The position numbers and the translations under genes were made by a program. The notes under the pieces are model-generated. The model had not been told where the DNA came from, made no database searches, and saw nothing but the letters and a program-made list of their open reading frames with translations. From Candidatus Poribacteria bacterium (GTDB taxonomy: Bacteria > Poribacteria > WGA-4E > PCPOR2b), in assembly GCA_965215015.1 (NCBI GenBank), contig OZ244042.1:2208001-2272000 (forward strand): 64,000 nucleotides of DNA. The letters are read 5' to 3'. This document shows positions 49,514-60,064 of the stretch, in pieces (position 1 is the stretch's first letter; each line of letters starts with the position of its first letter).

Positions 49514-49646
49514 TTTTTAATTATACCATTCACTATAAAAAATCGCGCTTTTGAAAGAGAAATTCTTGAGAAATTGGGCGGTTCAAAGCGTAGTCTCGTT
49601 CGGTATTTGGTACAGAAATCTTTTTGACATGACATCGGATAGCTTG

Positions 49647-51620
49647 TTAGCTTGCCGTAAAAAGACCTTCAATTTCCCGTAGTAGTTTTCGCGCCCCCGC
49701 TACAGCGTTGGAGGCTCCTTTCATCTTTTTTGAAATCGTTAAAATCCTATAGCAATAGTCGCAAGATAGACTGAGATTTCCTGCGGCACGGGCATTTTCT
49801 GCAACATTGAAATAACAGATTGTTGTAACTGATAAACTTTCATTCGCCTCCTCCCATAGGTTGGCATGAGCGTAATGGTCTGCTGAAAGCGTGTATAGTC
49901 TACCGGCGTCAATCCAACTCTGTTGTCTTTCAAGCAAATTTGCCTGTATGGCATAGTAGGTCCCAGCTTCCTGGGCACACTGTCGCGCACGATTGTAACG
50001 ACGAGCGGCTGTGTAGGCAAGCCTTGCCCGTGCGTAGCAATCTGCGCCCGATTCCCAATTTTCGGATACAATGAAGCTTTCCGCAGCTTTCCTATAAAAT
50101 TCTCCCAGTTTTTTGTACTCCGTTCGACTCCGTCGACTTTTTCCCTTTTGTGCATATTCCTCAGCTGATTGACGAATCTGAGCAGCAATTCTCTCATAGG
50201 GACTTTGAACCACCTCATGGAGTTTTCGCAGAATGAATTCTGGAGCAGTTTCCTGGAAATTGAGTGGTTGAAATGTCAAATCTGAACCGGTGTTACCGTC
50301 TGTGAGAAATCCCCCTGAACCCACGGGAGCAGGGCTCTCGCTGGATTCACTAGGAGGGAATTGCCTATTAAACCAGTCTCTGAGCTCAGATATCTCGTCA
50401 ACTGGCAATTGATCAATCACCTCAACTACTTCTTTTGTTGTCGAAAGTGATTTGGGGGAAATCATCAAATCCGATAAATGCCGAAAGATCCAATCTGCTT
50501 TTTTGGTTGCTTGCATACTGCTCAAGTAGAGGCGGTGGGCTTGCTGCATTTCTTGCAATGCCTGCTGAGCCTGTGGGGCACCGATGAATTGAATCGCTTG
50601 ATCATAGTGTATATTGACTTGCTCTTCAAGTTTAAGCTGTTTCTGTTTTTCCGCTGCCGCCTTTTGTACCCCAGAGACTTCCAATTCGATTTTCTCCGCT
50701 GCCTCGGCAGAAAGGCGTAAATTCTTTCTGTGTTCAGATAGCGTTGCACCTCGTATTGCTAGATTTGATTGGCTTGTTATTGTTTCCCGTACAGCCTCTG
50801 TATACCATTTTTCACGAATACGATCCAAATCATTATACAACTCTGAAGCGGTTTGATACCGTGCCTGCACATCTCGATGTAACACTCTCTGTAAAATCTC
50901 GCGCACATTGTCAGGTAGTTTGTGGTCGAATTCAATTTCTTCGCTCTGTTTTCTCACCTGAATTTCATCTTGGGTTTTGCCGCGAAAGGGAAATTTCCCC
51001 ATAAACATTTCGTAGAGGATGAGCCCTGTTGAGTAGAGATCCGCCCGATAATCGTAATTTCCCTCATACTGTTCAGGTGCCATGTACCTCCGCGTCCCGG
51101 TGATTGTTCCCGCATAATCGGTGGTTGCTTCAAGGATACGGGCTACGCCGAAGTCAGATATCTTTGCTATCTGATCAGAAGTCAACAAGATATTCTGAGG
51201 CTTGATGTCTCGATGGATAATGTTCTGTTCATGGGCAGCAATAAGCCCCCGGCAAATATCGAGCGCAATATTCATTGCTAAACTAGAATCAGGAGGCTTC
51301 CTTGTCAGTAATTGCCGCAAACTGGGGCCGTCAATGTACTCCATAACGATATAAGCAACGTACTCATCATCGCCAGGCTCAACGGTATGGATGGAAACGA
51401 TATTGGAATGTCCCCAATTCCGTCCCATCGCGCTCAATTCGGTAAGCAGGTAACGCATCCGTCCTGTGGGGTAAATTGATTTAGGTAACACTTTGATCGC
51501 AACAGTACGATTAGTGAACTCCTCCTTCGCTCGAAAAACGGAGGCAAAGCTACCGTTGTTAATCAGTTTTTCAATACGATATTTTCCTAAGACCAATCCG
51601 TTTATCTGCATATACACCAT
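49647..51620 (-). CDS. Cytoplasmic Hanks-type Ser/Thr kinase with C-terminal TPR/alpha-SNAP-like helical domain
   Basis: VAIK, HRDIKPQN, DFG, YMAPE; no TM segment; Ala/Tyr-rich 'A..Y..A' helices at the C-terminus. Confidence 0.88.
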   Translation of the reverse strand: MVYMQINGLVLGKYRIEKLINNGSFASVFRAKEEFTNRTVAIKVLPKSIYPTGRMRYLLTELSAMGRNWGHSNIVSIHTVEPGDDEYVAYIVMEYIDGPSLRQLLTRKPPDSSLAMNIALDICRGLIAAHEQNIIHRDIKPQNILLTSDQIAKISDFGVARILEATTDYAGTITGTRRYMAPEQYEGNYDYRADLYSTGLILYEMFMGKFPFRGKTQDEIQVRKQSEEIEFDHKLPDNVREILQRVLHRDVQARYQTASELYNDLDRIREKWYTEAVRETITSQSNLAIRGATLSEHRKNLRLSAEAAEKIELEVSGVQKAAAEKQKQLKLEEQVNIHYDQAIQFIGAPQAQQALQEMQQAHRLYLSSMQATKKADWIFRHLSDLMISPKSLSTTKEVVEVIDQLPVDEISELRDWFNRQFPPSESSESPAPVGSGGFLTDGNTGSDLTFQPLNFQETAPEFILRKLHEVVQSPYERIAAQIRQSAEEYAQKGKSRRSRTEYKKLGEFYRKAAESFIVSENWESGADCYARARLAYTAARRYNRARQCAQEAGTYYAIQANLLERQQSWIDAGRLYTLSADHYAHANLWEEANESLSVTTICYFNVAENARAAGNLSLSCDYCYRILTISKKMKGASNAVAGARKLLREIEGLFTAS

Positions 51621-52071
51621 CCTCGACCCAAGTTTCGACCGATAGGTGGATTCCTAGTTGTTTATCAAGCTTCGTTGCTGCGCGGCGTACGTTGGATTAA
51701 TCCGTGAAGCAATCTATTCTCTACATCCCATCCGTTCTTGGGCCTGAACTTGGGAAACTCATTACTAGTGTGCTGACATTTTGCTGTCGCCAATCCCGCA
51801 AACGCTGTAAGTAGGTCGAGACTCATAGGTCGACAAAACACCAGACACGGTTGCGCGACACACCGGGTATTGGGGTTACCCCTACGGCGGTACCAAGTTA
51901 TCTCCAGTGTATCAGATCCAAGACTCTCGGAACGGAGATTGGTTCAATTTGTCAAATATCAACAGAACCTGGCTGGATATGGTAGATTGACAGGTTAGCA
52001 CAAAACCACTAAGCTGTCAATATACAATATGCAACTGTGCATGTATGCAAAAGGTAAGACTCACAGAGCCA

Positions 52072-52719
52072 TTAATCTGCCTTGGCGGCTTGCACAGCTT
52101 CTATTAACTTTTTCGCTTTCTCTGTCAGGAGATCAAATCGTCCATCAGCAATTACCTGATTATTGACGAGAGTGCTCCCCACACCAAGTGCGGCTGAACC
52201 TGCCTTGATAAATTCTCCGGCGTTATCAACACTCACGCCTCCGGTGGGGATCAGTGGAATATGCGGTAAAGGTGCCTTTACGTCTTTGATGTAGCTTGGT
52301 CCCACCCCACTTGACGGGAAAACTTTTACATAGTCTGCTCCGGCTTCCCATGCAGCCAAAATCTCCGTCGGGGTAAACGCGCCCGGCATCACGATTTTAC
52401 TGTATCGATTGCAAATTTCGATAACATCCGGTTTCGTCACAGGACTGACAACAAACTCCGCACCTGCGAGCATCGCTGCCCGCGCGGTTTCGGCATCGAG
52501 CACCGACCCAACACCTACTAGCACTTCTTCGCCGTATTGTGCGGCGACATCACTAATAACGCTTAACGCATTTGGGGTTGTCATCGTGACTTCAATTAGA
52601 TCGACACCGCCGGCTTTGATTGCTGCTGCAACCTCTATTAATTCAGCGGAACTATTCGCACGAATGATGGCGACGACCCCGCAGGATTCGACCCGTTGCA
52701 TCTGTTCCAGTTTAGTCAT
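52072..52719 (-). CDS. eda: KHG/KDPG aldolase
   Basis: VAIIR, IEVT, GAEFVVSP, PGAFTPTE, VKVFP, PTGGV. Confidence 0.94.
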   Translation of the reverse strand: MTKLEQMQRVESCGVVAIIRANSSAELIEVAAAIKAGGVDLIEVTMTTPNALSVISDVAAQYGEEVLVGVGSVLDAETARAAMLAGAEFVVSPVTKPDVIEICNRYSKIVMPGAFTPTEILAAWEAGADYVKVFPSSGVGPSYIKDVKAPLPHIPLIPTGGVSVDNAGEFIKAGSAALGVGSTLVNNQVIADGRFDLLTEKAKKLIEAVQAAKAD

Positions 52720-52814
52720 ATTTACCTCGATCACGATAGGTCATTGAAAATTCTCCAGAATACTTAACACCTTACTTTTTTGTTGCTATTTAGTCATGTG
52801 TCCAGTAGCTTCCC

Positions 52815-53528
52815 TTACAAAATACCAAGCGGGGGTGTTACGACAATTTCGTCCGTGACCACGCCAGCCGGTTGCATTGCAACAAAAAGAATGGTCTCCG
52901 CAACATGCTCCGGTTTCAACATCAAATTCGGGTCAGGGTGTCCCGCAATCTCAGCCCAGAATGGCGTATCAACCGATCCGGGGGAGACTGCCGTGACACG
53001 GATATTCGCGCCTCTGATTTCCTCCGCCAGAACCTTCGTAAACGCTAGTGCCCCTGCCTTTGCTGCACAATACGCGCTCGATGCTTTGAAGGGAACTTTC
53101 GCAGCAATCGACAGCACATTGATAATTTGACCGGATTGACGTGTCAGCATAGAAGGGAGCACGTATTTGGAGCAAAGATACGTACTTTTGAGATTAGAGG
53201 CAACCACTTGCGCCCATACTTCCGGATCCGAATCGGCGATCATCTCGAAGACACCGATCCCTGCATTGTTCACAAGGAGGTCGATTTGATCATAGGTCTC
53301 TAGTGTTTGATTGACTAGGGTTTCCACTGCTTCTGCCTGTGTTACATCTGTCGGTACAATGAGGGCTTCTCCACCCTCTGTGCCTATGAGATTGGCAGCT
53401 GTTTCGAGGTCATACTGTGTGCGTGCTGCGAGGACAACTTTTGCTCCTGCCCGCGCAAACGCCAAAGCGGTGGCGCGACCGATGCCCCGCGATGCTCCTG
53501 TTATAATTGCAACTTTGTCCTTCAACAT
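52815..53528 (-). CDS. SDR oxidoreductase, candidate sepiapterin reductase
   Basis: TGASRGIG, NNAG, YCAAK, PGSVDTPFW; directly downstream of folE and PTPS. Confidence 0.85.
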   Translation of the reverse strand: MLKDKVAIITGASRGIGRATALAFARAGAKVVLAARTQYDLETAANLIGTEGGEALIVPTDVTQAEAVETLVNQTLETYDQIDLLVNNAGIGVFEMIADSDPEVWAQVVASNLKSTYLCSKYVLPSMLTRQSGQIINVLSIAAKVPFKASSAYCAAKAGALAFTKVLAEEIRGANIRVTAVSPGSVDTPFWAEIAGHPDPNLMLKPEHVAETILFVAMQPAGVVTDEIVVTPPLGIL

Positions 53529-53572
53529 CTCGATTCCCTTCAAGCTGTCCTGTGTTTATGACCAAACCGCAT

Positions 53573-54166
53573 CTAAATACATCTCATGAACTCTGCCCGG
53601 GTGGAGCTTTTATCTCGAAACTCTCCGAGCATCACATTGGTCATCGTTTGCGAGTGCTGTTTCTGTACGCCACGAACCATCATGCACATATGCTGTGCCT
53701 CCATGACAACAGCGACCCCAGCCGGATTCAACACTTTTCGTAATGCCTCCGCAATCTGCCGCGTCAATCTCTCTTGCACCTGTAGGCGGCGAGCGAACAT
53801 ATCCACAATTCGTGGAATTTTACCGAGCCCAATGATTTTTTTGCGAGGAATATACCCAACATGGCACTTGCCAAAAAATGGTAAAATATGATGCTCACAG
53901 AGACTATAATACTCAATGTCTTTGACGATGACCATTTCGTCGTACTCTTCCTCGAAGATAGCATCGTTCAAAATTTCCTCGACATTTTGGTGGTATCCCT
54001 GTGTCAAAAACTGAAGGGCTTTCGCTGCACGTTGCGGTGTCCTCAAGAGTCCCTCTCTTGTCAAATCTTCGCCAATACCCTCCAACATCTGCTCATAGAT
54101 ATATGTCAGTTTTGAATCGGTGGTAGCTGGTCCGTTGTCAATTGAGTCTGCGTGATAAATTTTCAT
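53573..54166 (-). CDS. folE: GTP cyclohydrolase I
   Basis: [35 protein letters not shown]. Confidence 0.97.
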   Translation of the reverse strand: MKIYHADSIDNGPATTDSKLTYIYEQMLEGIGEDLTREGLLRTPQRAAKALQFLTQGYHQNVEEILNDAIFEEEYDEMVIVKDIEYYSLCEHHILPFFGKCHVGYIPRKKIIGLGKIPRIVDMFARRLQVQERLTRQIAEALRKVLNPAGVAVVMEAQHMCMMVRGVQKQHSQTMTNVMLGEFRDKSSTRAEFMRCI

Positions 54167-54169
54167 TAA

Positions 54170-55003
54170 CTAAATTCCGTCTCCGTAGTAATCAAAGTGA
54201 TTCTTGGGGGTTTCTCTCAATCGAAGTTGATGTAACTGAATTGGCTTCAAATTCGGTTCAATAATTTCCCAGAGCACCTTTACAAAGTTCTCAGAGGTTG
54301 GGTTGAGATTCTCAAACTCAGGCGTGTCCAAGTTAAGATGCTTATGATCAAATCGTTCGTAGACCTGCTTCTGAATCGTTTCATCAAGATGAGATAGATC
54401 GGCAACCATGCCGGTTCTGGGATCCACCTCACCTTTTATTGTTACTTCAAGTGCGTAGTTATGCCCATGACCGTAGAAATTGTTACACTTTCCGAAGATT
54501 TCTTGGTTTTCTGCATCGCTGAGTTGCGGACTGTGCAATCGGTGTGATGCACTGAATTCGTAGACTTTCGTGAGATAGACCATTTGCCCCTCTCCATAAT
54601 AGTCAGCAAACAGGGTTGAATCCTCATACAACCTGATTCGATGTAGGATTGTCCCTTTCAGATGCGGTTCAATCGCATACCAAATTTGAATCGCTATATT
54701 CTCGCTTGAAGGTTGCAGATGTGGGTTGCTCGCGAAGGTAGGGTGTTGTACGTTGATGTGCTTGTGATCGTAGTAGCCAACAACTTCCGCCCTGAGAACC
54801 CGGTCCAGATCTGTGATATTGATGACCATCCCGTGCTCGGGGTTAAGTCTCCCTTTAACTGTTGCTTCTAAGACATAGTTGTGACCATGGCTATTTGGAT
54901 TGGAGATTGCTCCAAACAGGGCGTAATTCTCTGCATCGCTGAGTTCAGGAATACGATAGTAGTGCGAGGCTTCAAATGCAATTTGACGCGTAAGGTAGTG
55001 CAC
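54170..55003 (-). CDS. Tandem-domain 6-pyruvoyl-tetrahydropterin synthase (PTPS-II-type motif)
   Basis: Two T-fold domains: FEASH...NSHGHNY...SSEN and FSASH...KCNNFYGHGHNY...PTSEN. Confidence 0.9.
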   Translation of the reverse strand: MHYLTRQIAFEASHYYRIPELSDAENYALFGAISNPNSHGHNYVLEATVKGRLNPEHGMVINITDLDRVLRAEVVGYYDHKHINVQHPTFASNPHLQPSSENIAIQIWYAIEPHLKGTILHRIRLYEDSTLFADYYGEGQMVYLTKVYEFSASHRLHSPQLSDAENQEIFGKCNNFYGHGHNYALEVTIKGEVDPRTGMVADLSHLDETIQKQVYERFDHKHLNLDTPEFENLNPTSENFVKVLWEIIEPNLKPIQLHQLRLRETPKNHFDYYGDGI

Positions 55004-55087
55004 GATGAAATTCCTTATTCGTGAGACGAGATGCGCTGTTTAGCCCTCACATCACACCGGTTTTTGACACTTGTGGTTCCCTTACTG

Positions 55088-55366
55088 TTACAGCCTAGCA
55101 ACTTCGTTGTCTACCGTTTCGAGCTGCACACGCATTACCCACTCCCCACCGCCGCGAATATGTACATGACGCTTTTTCAGCCATTCTATAAGGGTATTTC
55201 GATCGGGTGCATCCCATTCGCAGACCATTCGACCGAGGACTGTGTCACACTGCACTTTTAAGCTCTTGACGCCGTCGCTCTCCTCTTCAATAAATCGCTT
55301 GACGAGCCTTTCCACGTCTTGTCGTGTCATGCAGGCAATGATATGAGCGGAAACAAATCTAGGCAT
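55088..55366 (-). CDS. Small DUF4242-like dimeric alpha/beta-barrel protein
   Basis: MPRFVSAH start with GGAG RBS; GRMVCEWDAPD motif. Confidence 0.65.
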   Translation of the reverse strand: MPRFVSAHIIACMTRQDVERLVKRFIEEESDGVKSLKVQCDTVLGRMVCEWDAPDRNTLIEWLKKRHVHIRGGGEWVMRVQLETVDNEVARL

Positions 55367-55415
55367 ATTTGACTCCAATATGGCACTCATCTCTGAGTGC
55401 AGCAGAGTAGAGAGA

Positions 55416-56477
55416 TTAGTCGAGTAATTCCTGACAATTCCAATCCTGAAACTGAATTTGCCGAAGTTTGAATCGGTACGAGCTTTGCCAACCAATCGGA
55501 GGAAAGAGGGTGGCAACCACCGAGAGCCGGTAGTCATAGACACAATCTTCCCAGCTATAGCCTGAAACACCGCCATTGACCAGGCCATTGTAATAGTACC
55601 GCAACAGATCCTTCTCGATGCCGCGCCGTCGTTGTGGAGCCCCCCCTCCGACTAAGTAACAGAGATCATACGGTCCAATCCCTCGTTTATAGGTTTCCCA
55701 ATCGAAAAAATAAAGCCCATCTGTTTCCGGCTTTTTCGGATAAAAGAGATTCCAATTATGCAGGTCACCGTGTAGAAATGTCAAAGCCTCGTTATCTTTG
55801 ATGCGTGCGGCATATAAACGTTGCCAACCGTTGATGGCGTGATGTGCAAAATCAAACATCTCTTGTGGGAATTTGTCCTGAGCCTTGTCAGCAAATTGAG
55901 GAAGCAGCGTCTCTCTCCAATAGTCGCAATAGGTCCGTATAATTTCGGGTGTGGCGGCATCCGCCATACGGAGCGGGCCTCCTTTTCCTCGCAGAAAATC
56001 GGCTTGTGAAATTCGCGGATGCTCCCACCATTGCGTATGGAACTTCAACAATTCATCAATAATCTGTTTGTAGAGAGCGATGGTGAACCCTTCCGCTTTG
56101 GGAGGGGTTTCGTTGTGGGTCGCAGTAGCATCTTCAAAGATGAGATAACATTGACGGGCATTACGGTTATAGTCGAAGTCGTAGCATTGGAAAACCGGTG
56201 GATCGGGCATCTGGGCAGCGATTTCGTTGAAGAAGACCGATTCAGCAACACCGCCCCCAAACCAACCAGCCTTATAATTCTTGAAGATTAGATCGGTATG
56301 CAGCTGATTTTCTGATTCAGTGGAATAGTTCACTTTCAACCGTGTAAAAAAGGCAGCGGTTGATTCAAATGTCTCGCCAAGCTGTATATCAGTTACGGCG
56401 TGCTGTGAAAGGTGCCCGTTCTGTTGGAATCGCGTCGTCAACCATTGTGGTGTAATCTGCTCTGCACTGTCAATCAA
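55416..56477 (-). CDS. Aminoglycoside/ecdysteroid-kinase-like phosphotransferase
   Basis: FLHGDLHNWN (Brenner motif), FFDWE, GPYDLCY. Confidence 0.85.
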   Translation of the reverse strand: MIDSAEQITPQWLTTRFQQNGHLSQHAVTDIQLGETFESTAAFFTRLKVNYSTESENQLHTDLIFKNYKAGWFGGGVAESVFFNEIAAQMPDPPVFQCYDFDYNRNARQCYLIFEDATATHNETPPKAEGFTIALYKQIIDELLKFHTQWWEHPRISQADFLRGKGGPLRMADAATPEIIRTYCDYWRETLLPQFADKAQDKFPQEMFDFAHHAINGWQRLYAARIKDNEALTFLHGDLHNWNLFYPKKPETDGLYFFDWETYKRGIGPYDLCYLVGGGAPQRRRGIEKDLLRYYYNGLVNGGVSGYSWEDCVYDYRLSVVATLFPPIGWQSSYRFKLRQIQFQDWNCQELLD

Positions 56478-56554
56478 TTAATTCCCTAGCTCTCTATGGA
56501 TTAGAGTAGTAGAGACGCAAATTTGTGTCCCTACTAGCTCCGTATTATTATTAG

Positions 56555-57403
56555 CTACCCCTTTGCGATAGGTGCGCCGACAAGATTGCCCCACTCTGTC
56601 CAGCTGCCATCGTAGTTGCGTACCTTTTCGTAACCCAAAAGGTACTTCAGCGCAAACCATGTGTGCGAGGAGCGTTCTCCAATACGGCAGTAAGCAACCG
56701 TCTCTTTGTCCGAATCTACCCCCGCACCTTCGTAGATTTCCTTCAACTCGTCGTAGGATTTGAAGGTCCCGTCCTCGGCGACTGCGGTTGCCCACGGAAT
56801 ATTTGCTGCGCCCGGAATGCGTCCCGGACGTTGGGCCGTTTCAGGCAACCCCGGAGGCGCGATAATCTCACCGGAAAACTCAGCCGGGGAACGGACATCC
56901 ACAAGGTTGACCACTCCCTGATCGAGCGTTGGCAAGACATGATCTTTTGTCGCCCGCACATTGTCATCGGGAAATTTAGCTTTGTAGTCGGTGGCAGCAG
57001 GAGAAGGTGTATCCGTGACTAACTCACGACCCTCATCAATCCACTTCTGACGGCCACCATTCATCACTTTCAGCTTGCTTTCATCATGCCCATAGTACCG
57101 GAATTGCCACAGGGCATAAGTAGCAAACCAATTGTTATTGTCCCCATAGAAGATTATTGTGGTATCGTTACTGATGCCAGAATCCTGGCACAATTGCTCG
57201 AACTGATCTTTTGTTAAAATATCGCGCCGCACTTGGTCACACAACTGGGTTTGCCAATTGAGGCCGACAGCACCGCTGATGTGTCCTTCATCGTAAGCCG
57301 CTGTATCCACATCAACTTCTAATAAACGGATGCCCGCGTCGCCACCATGCTCGGCAACCCAGTCGGTGGTTACTAACACTTCTGGGTGGGCGTAGTCTGC
57401 CAT
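56555..57403 (-). CDS. Tandem-domain thiosulfate sulfurtransferase (rhodanese, CysA/SseA type)
   Basis: YDEGHISGA, active-site CRIGER, YDGSWTEW. Confidence 0.95.
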   Translation of the reverse strand: MADYAHPEVLVTTDWVAEHGGDAGIRLLEVDVDTAAYDEGHISGAVGLNWQTQLCDQVRRDILTKDQFEQLCQDSGISNDTTIIFYGDNNNWFATYALWQFRYYGHDESKLKVMNGGRQKWIDEGRELVTDTPSPAATDYKAKFPDDNVRATKDHVLPTLDQGVVNLVDVRSPAEFSGEIIAPPGLPETAQRPGRIPGAANIPWATAVAEDGTFKSYDELKEIYEGAGVDSDKETVAYCRIGERSSHTWFALKYLLGYEKVRNYDGSWTEWGNLVGAPIAKG

Positions 57404-57830
57404 AATGTAGAACCTCCTACCTTAATTTGAAAATTGATATACTCCCTCGTCTGAGCGGAAGATATGGATGATGCCCCATTCCTACTTGAGGTGTGGTGGA
57501 ATGGTAGGAAACGCAGATCCCAATATCGTTGCGTTCCCGATAGATTGGGACTAAGAAGCGTTCCAACCCTTACGGAATCGTAGAAGATACCTAGAACTAG
57601 CGCGCTATAGTCCCGGCTCAATCCGCCCGGAACGTTGCGTTATAGTCCGAGTGTTTTCTGTAATCTTCCCGCTTTGGGCAGAAACAGAACCGGCATCTCC
57701 ATTCTGTACAAGCAATCGTAGCATATTTTCGCTAGAAATACAAGTTTTTTGATAGGATGGAAGGAGGAGAGGACGACAAAAAGGAGTTAAACTGAGGAAA
57801 TGGGCTTTGATGGCAAGATTTGATTAAATA

Positions 57831-57978
57831 TAGGGCTTACGCCGTTGAACACTCAAAGCCTCCGGTTCCGAGAGGCTTGGACCTGTAGTTCGGTGATTTA
57901 TCGCCGCAGCCCCTGATGAATCGGGCAATGACAGCGCGAAAGCTCTGCTACTTTTAGAACTGAAGCGCGTAAGTCCTA
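57831..57978. mobile_element. MITE with TAGGRCTTACGC terminal inverted repeats
   Basis: tagggcttacgc ... gcgtaagtccta; solo related ends at ~27401-27416 (aacggcgtaagtccta) and ~60701-60712 (gcgtaactccta). Confidence 0.7.
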
Positions 57979-57997
57979 AAATATCTATAGATTCTAA

Positions 57998-60064
57998 CTA
58001 CTTCATACTGAGAAAAAGATTTCCACCTTCCTCCACGTGGACACGAACCCAAGGTTCAATCCAAATGGTCGTGTCCGGCTGCTCGATGACGACAGGGCCG
58101 GAGAAATTGCTGCCCCACGGGAGGAGTGAGCGATTGTAGATGGGACATGCCACAAACCGATCTTCCACATAGACAGGTCTGACACCTTTCTGTGCGTCTT
58201 GCAATGTGGTTTTGGGGTTGGAAATGAAGTCTTTCAGGGACAGATCTGGGCGTACACCAACCACAGAGGTACGAAGATTTAGCAGGCGGATTGGGATGCT
58301 TTCCAGCAGCGTTTCTAATCCACTAAATGTTTCATCAACTTGCCCGTATTGCCGAAGATAGGCGCGGCGAAAGCTTTCTGCGATAACGGCGGGAGACACG
58401 GGGCCCGCCGGGAGCGGCGTCCGTATGACATGGGTTTGCCCCTCATACGAAATCTCCGCTTCCCGCAAAATACTTACCTGTGTCAGGGGAATCTGTTCGT
58501 TCTCGATTAGCCCCTCTCCCTGTGCGAGGTGTTCAGCAAAGATTCTCTCTGCATCGGTTGGGTCCAGTTCAGGGAGGCGACGGTTAATCATGGTCACGAA
58601 GTCGTGCTGGAGGTCGGCAATGACACACCCCCAGGCGGAGGCGAGGCCGGGGTAGTAGGGGACAAGTGCCTGTGAAACACCAAGCTCCTGTAGAAGGAAA
58701 CTGACCATTAATGGGCCGCCGCCACCGAAGGAGAAGAGAACAAAATCTCGTGGATCATGTCCACGGTCAATGGAGATGCGCCGGATGCTACCGGCGATTC
58801 GGTTGTTTGCGATGGTAAGAATTGCCAGTGCTGCTTCTTCTAAGGAGAGGCCAAGTGGTTTCCCAAGCCTCTCACTGAGAACAGATCGGGCGGTATCAAG
58901 GTCAAACGAAAAATCGGTTGCTCTAGCGATGGGATAGTCCGGGTTGATTCGCCCCAGAATCACGTTCGCATCGGTGACTGTCGGTTCAGTACCACCTAAC
59001 CCATAACAGATGGGACCCGGTTTAGCACCAGCACTATTGGGTCCTACCTGGAGAAGACCGCCCTCATCAATCCAAGCGATACTACCGCCGCCTGCGCCGA
59101 TGGTATGAATATCAATCATCGACACCATGATTGGAATACCAAACTCCGGCTCTATCCCGTTTGAAACCACCGGTTTGCCCTCTGTGACTAGGGACACATC
59201 GAGACTCGTCCCCCCCATATCGTAACCGATTAGGTTCTGAAAACCGCTTTCTGCGGCAATCTTGGTGGCAGCGATGACCCCGGCTGCGGGCCCCGATAGG
59301 ACGGTGTTTACCGAAAAGTCTCGCGCGGCTTCTACCGACATCATCCCGCCGTTGGACTGCATGATGAGAAGATTCCCACTGTAACCGTGTTCTTCTAGGC
59401 GTTGTTCAAGCCGAGCCAAGTAGCGACTTACTATCGGCTGCACGTAGGCATTCACAGTAGCAGTGCTAGTGCGTTCAAATTCACGAAAGAGGGGAAGGAT
59501 ATCTGCTGAAGCAACAATATAAAGATCCGGGAAGCGTGTTTCGAGAAGAGCTTTGGCGTCGTGCTCATTGGCGGGATTGATGTAAGCGTTCAAAAAACTG
59601 ATGACGATGGCTTCGACGCCGGCCGCAACTAGTTCTTCAGCAGCCGCGATAACCTCCTCCTCTATTAATGGGACGAGGATCTCGCCTTCTGCTGAGATAC
59701 GTTCGGAAACCTCTTTGCGCCGATCTCGTGGAATTAAAGGTTCATATGATCCGGTAAGACCATAAAGGTGCGGCCGATCGCGACGCCTTAGCTCTAGGAT
59801 ATCCCGAAAACCGCGTGTAGCAATTAGACCGCAGCGTACACCTTTACGTTCCAAGATGGCGTTGGTCGCCACGGTGGTGCCGTGAATAACCAATTCGATG
59901 TCAGGATAGGAAACCTCAAGCCCATCTAGACCAGTGATTAAACCGATAGATGGCTCACGTGGCGTGGCTGAAGCCTTTCCAATCTGTAGATGCTTTTGGT
60001 TTTCATCTAAAACGACAATATCGGTGAAAGTGCCGCCAATATCCACACCAATAAGTTTTCCCAT
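57998..60064 (-). CDS. Hydantoinase/oxoprolinase subunit A
   Basis: DIGGTFTD, HGTTVATNA, SGPAAG, DMGGTS, IGAGGGS, PTVTDAN. Confidence 0.93.
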   Translation of the reverse strand: MGKLIGVDIGGTFTDIVVLDENQKHLQIGKASATPREPSIGLITGLDGLEVSYPDIELVIHGTTVATNAILERKGVRCGLIATRGFRDILELRRRDRPHLYGLTGSYEPLIPRDRRKEVSERISAEGEILVPLIEEEVIAAAEELVAAGVEAIVISFLNAYINPANEHDAKALLETRFPDLYIVASADILPLFREFERTSTATVNAYVQPIVSRYLARLEQRLEEHGYSGNLLIMQSNGGMMSVEAARDFSVNTVLSGPAAGVIAATKIAAESGFQNLIGYDMGGTSLDVSLVTEGKPVVSNGIEPEFGIPIMVSMIDIHTIGAGGGSIAWIDEGGLLQVGPNSAGAKPGPICYGLGGTEPTVTDANVILGRINPDYPIARATDFSFDLDTARSVLSERLGKPLGLSLEEAALAILTIANNRIAGSIRRISIDRGHDPRDFVLFSFGGGGPLMVSFLLQELGVSQALVPYYPGLASAWGCVIADLQHDFVTMINRRLPELDPTDAERIFAEHLAQGEGLIENEQIPLTQVSILREAEISYEGQTHVIRTPLPAGPVSPAVIAESFRRAYLRQYGQVDETFSGLETLLESIPIRLLNLRTSVVGVRPDLSLKDFISNPKTTLQDAQKGVRPVYVEDRFVACPIYNRSLLPWGSNFSGPVVIEQPDTTIWIEPWVRVHVEEGGNLFLSMK

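Noticed and set aside
55004-55087. preQ1 riboswitch and a queD assignment for the PTPS gene
   Set aside because: No preQ1 consensus; the motif is CX5HGH, and queC/queE are not adjacent.
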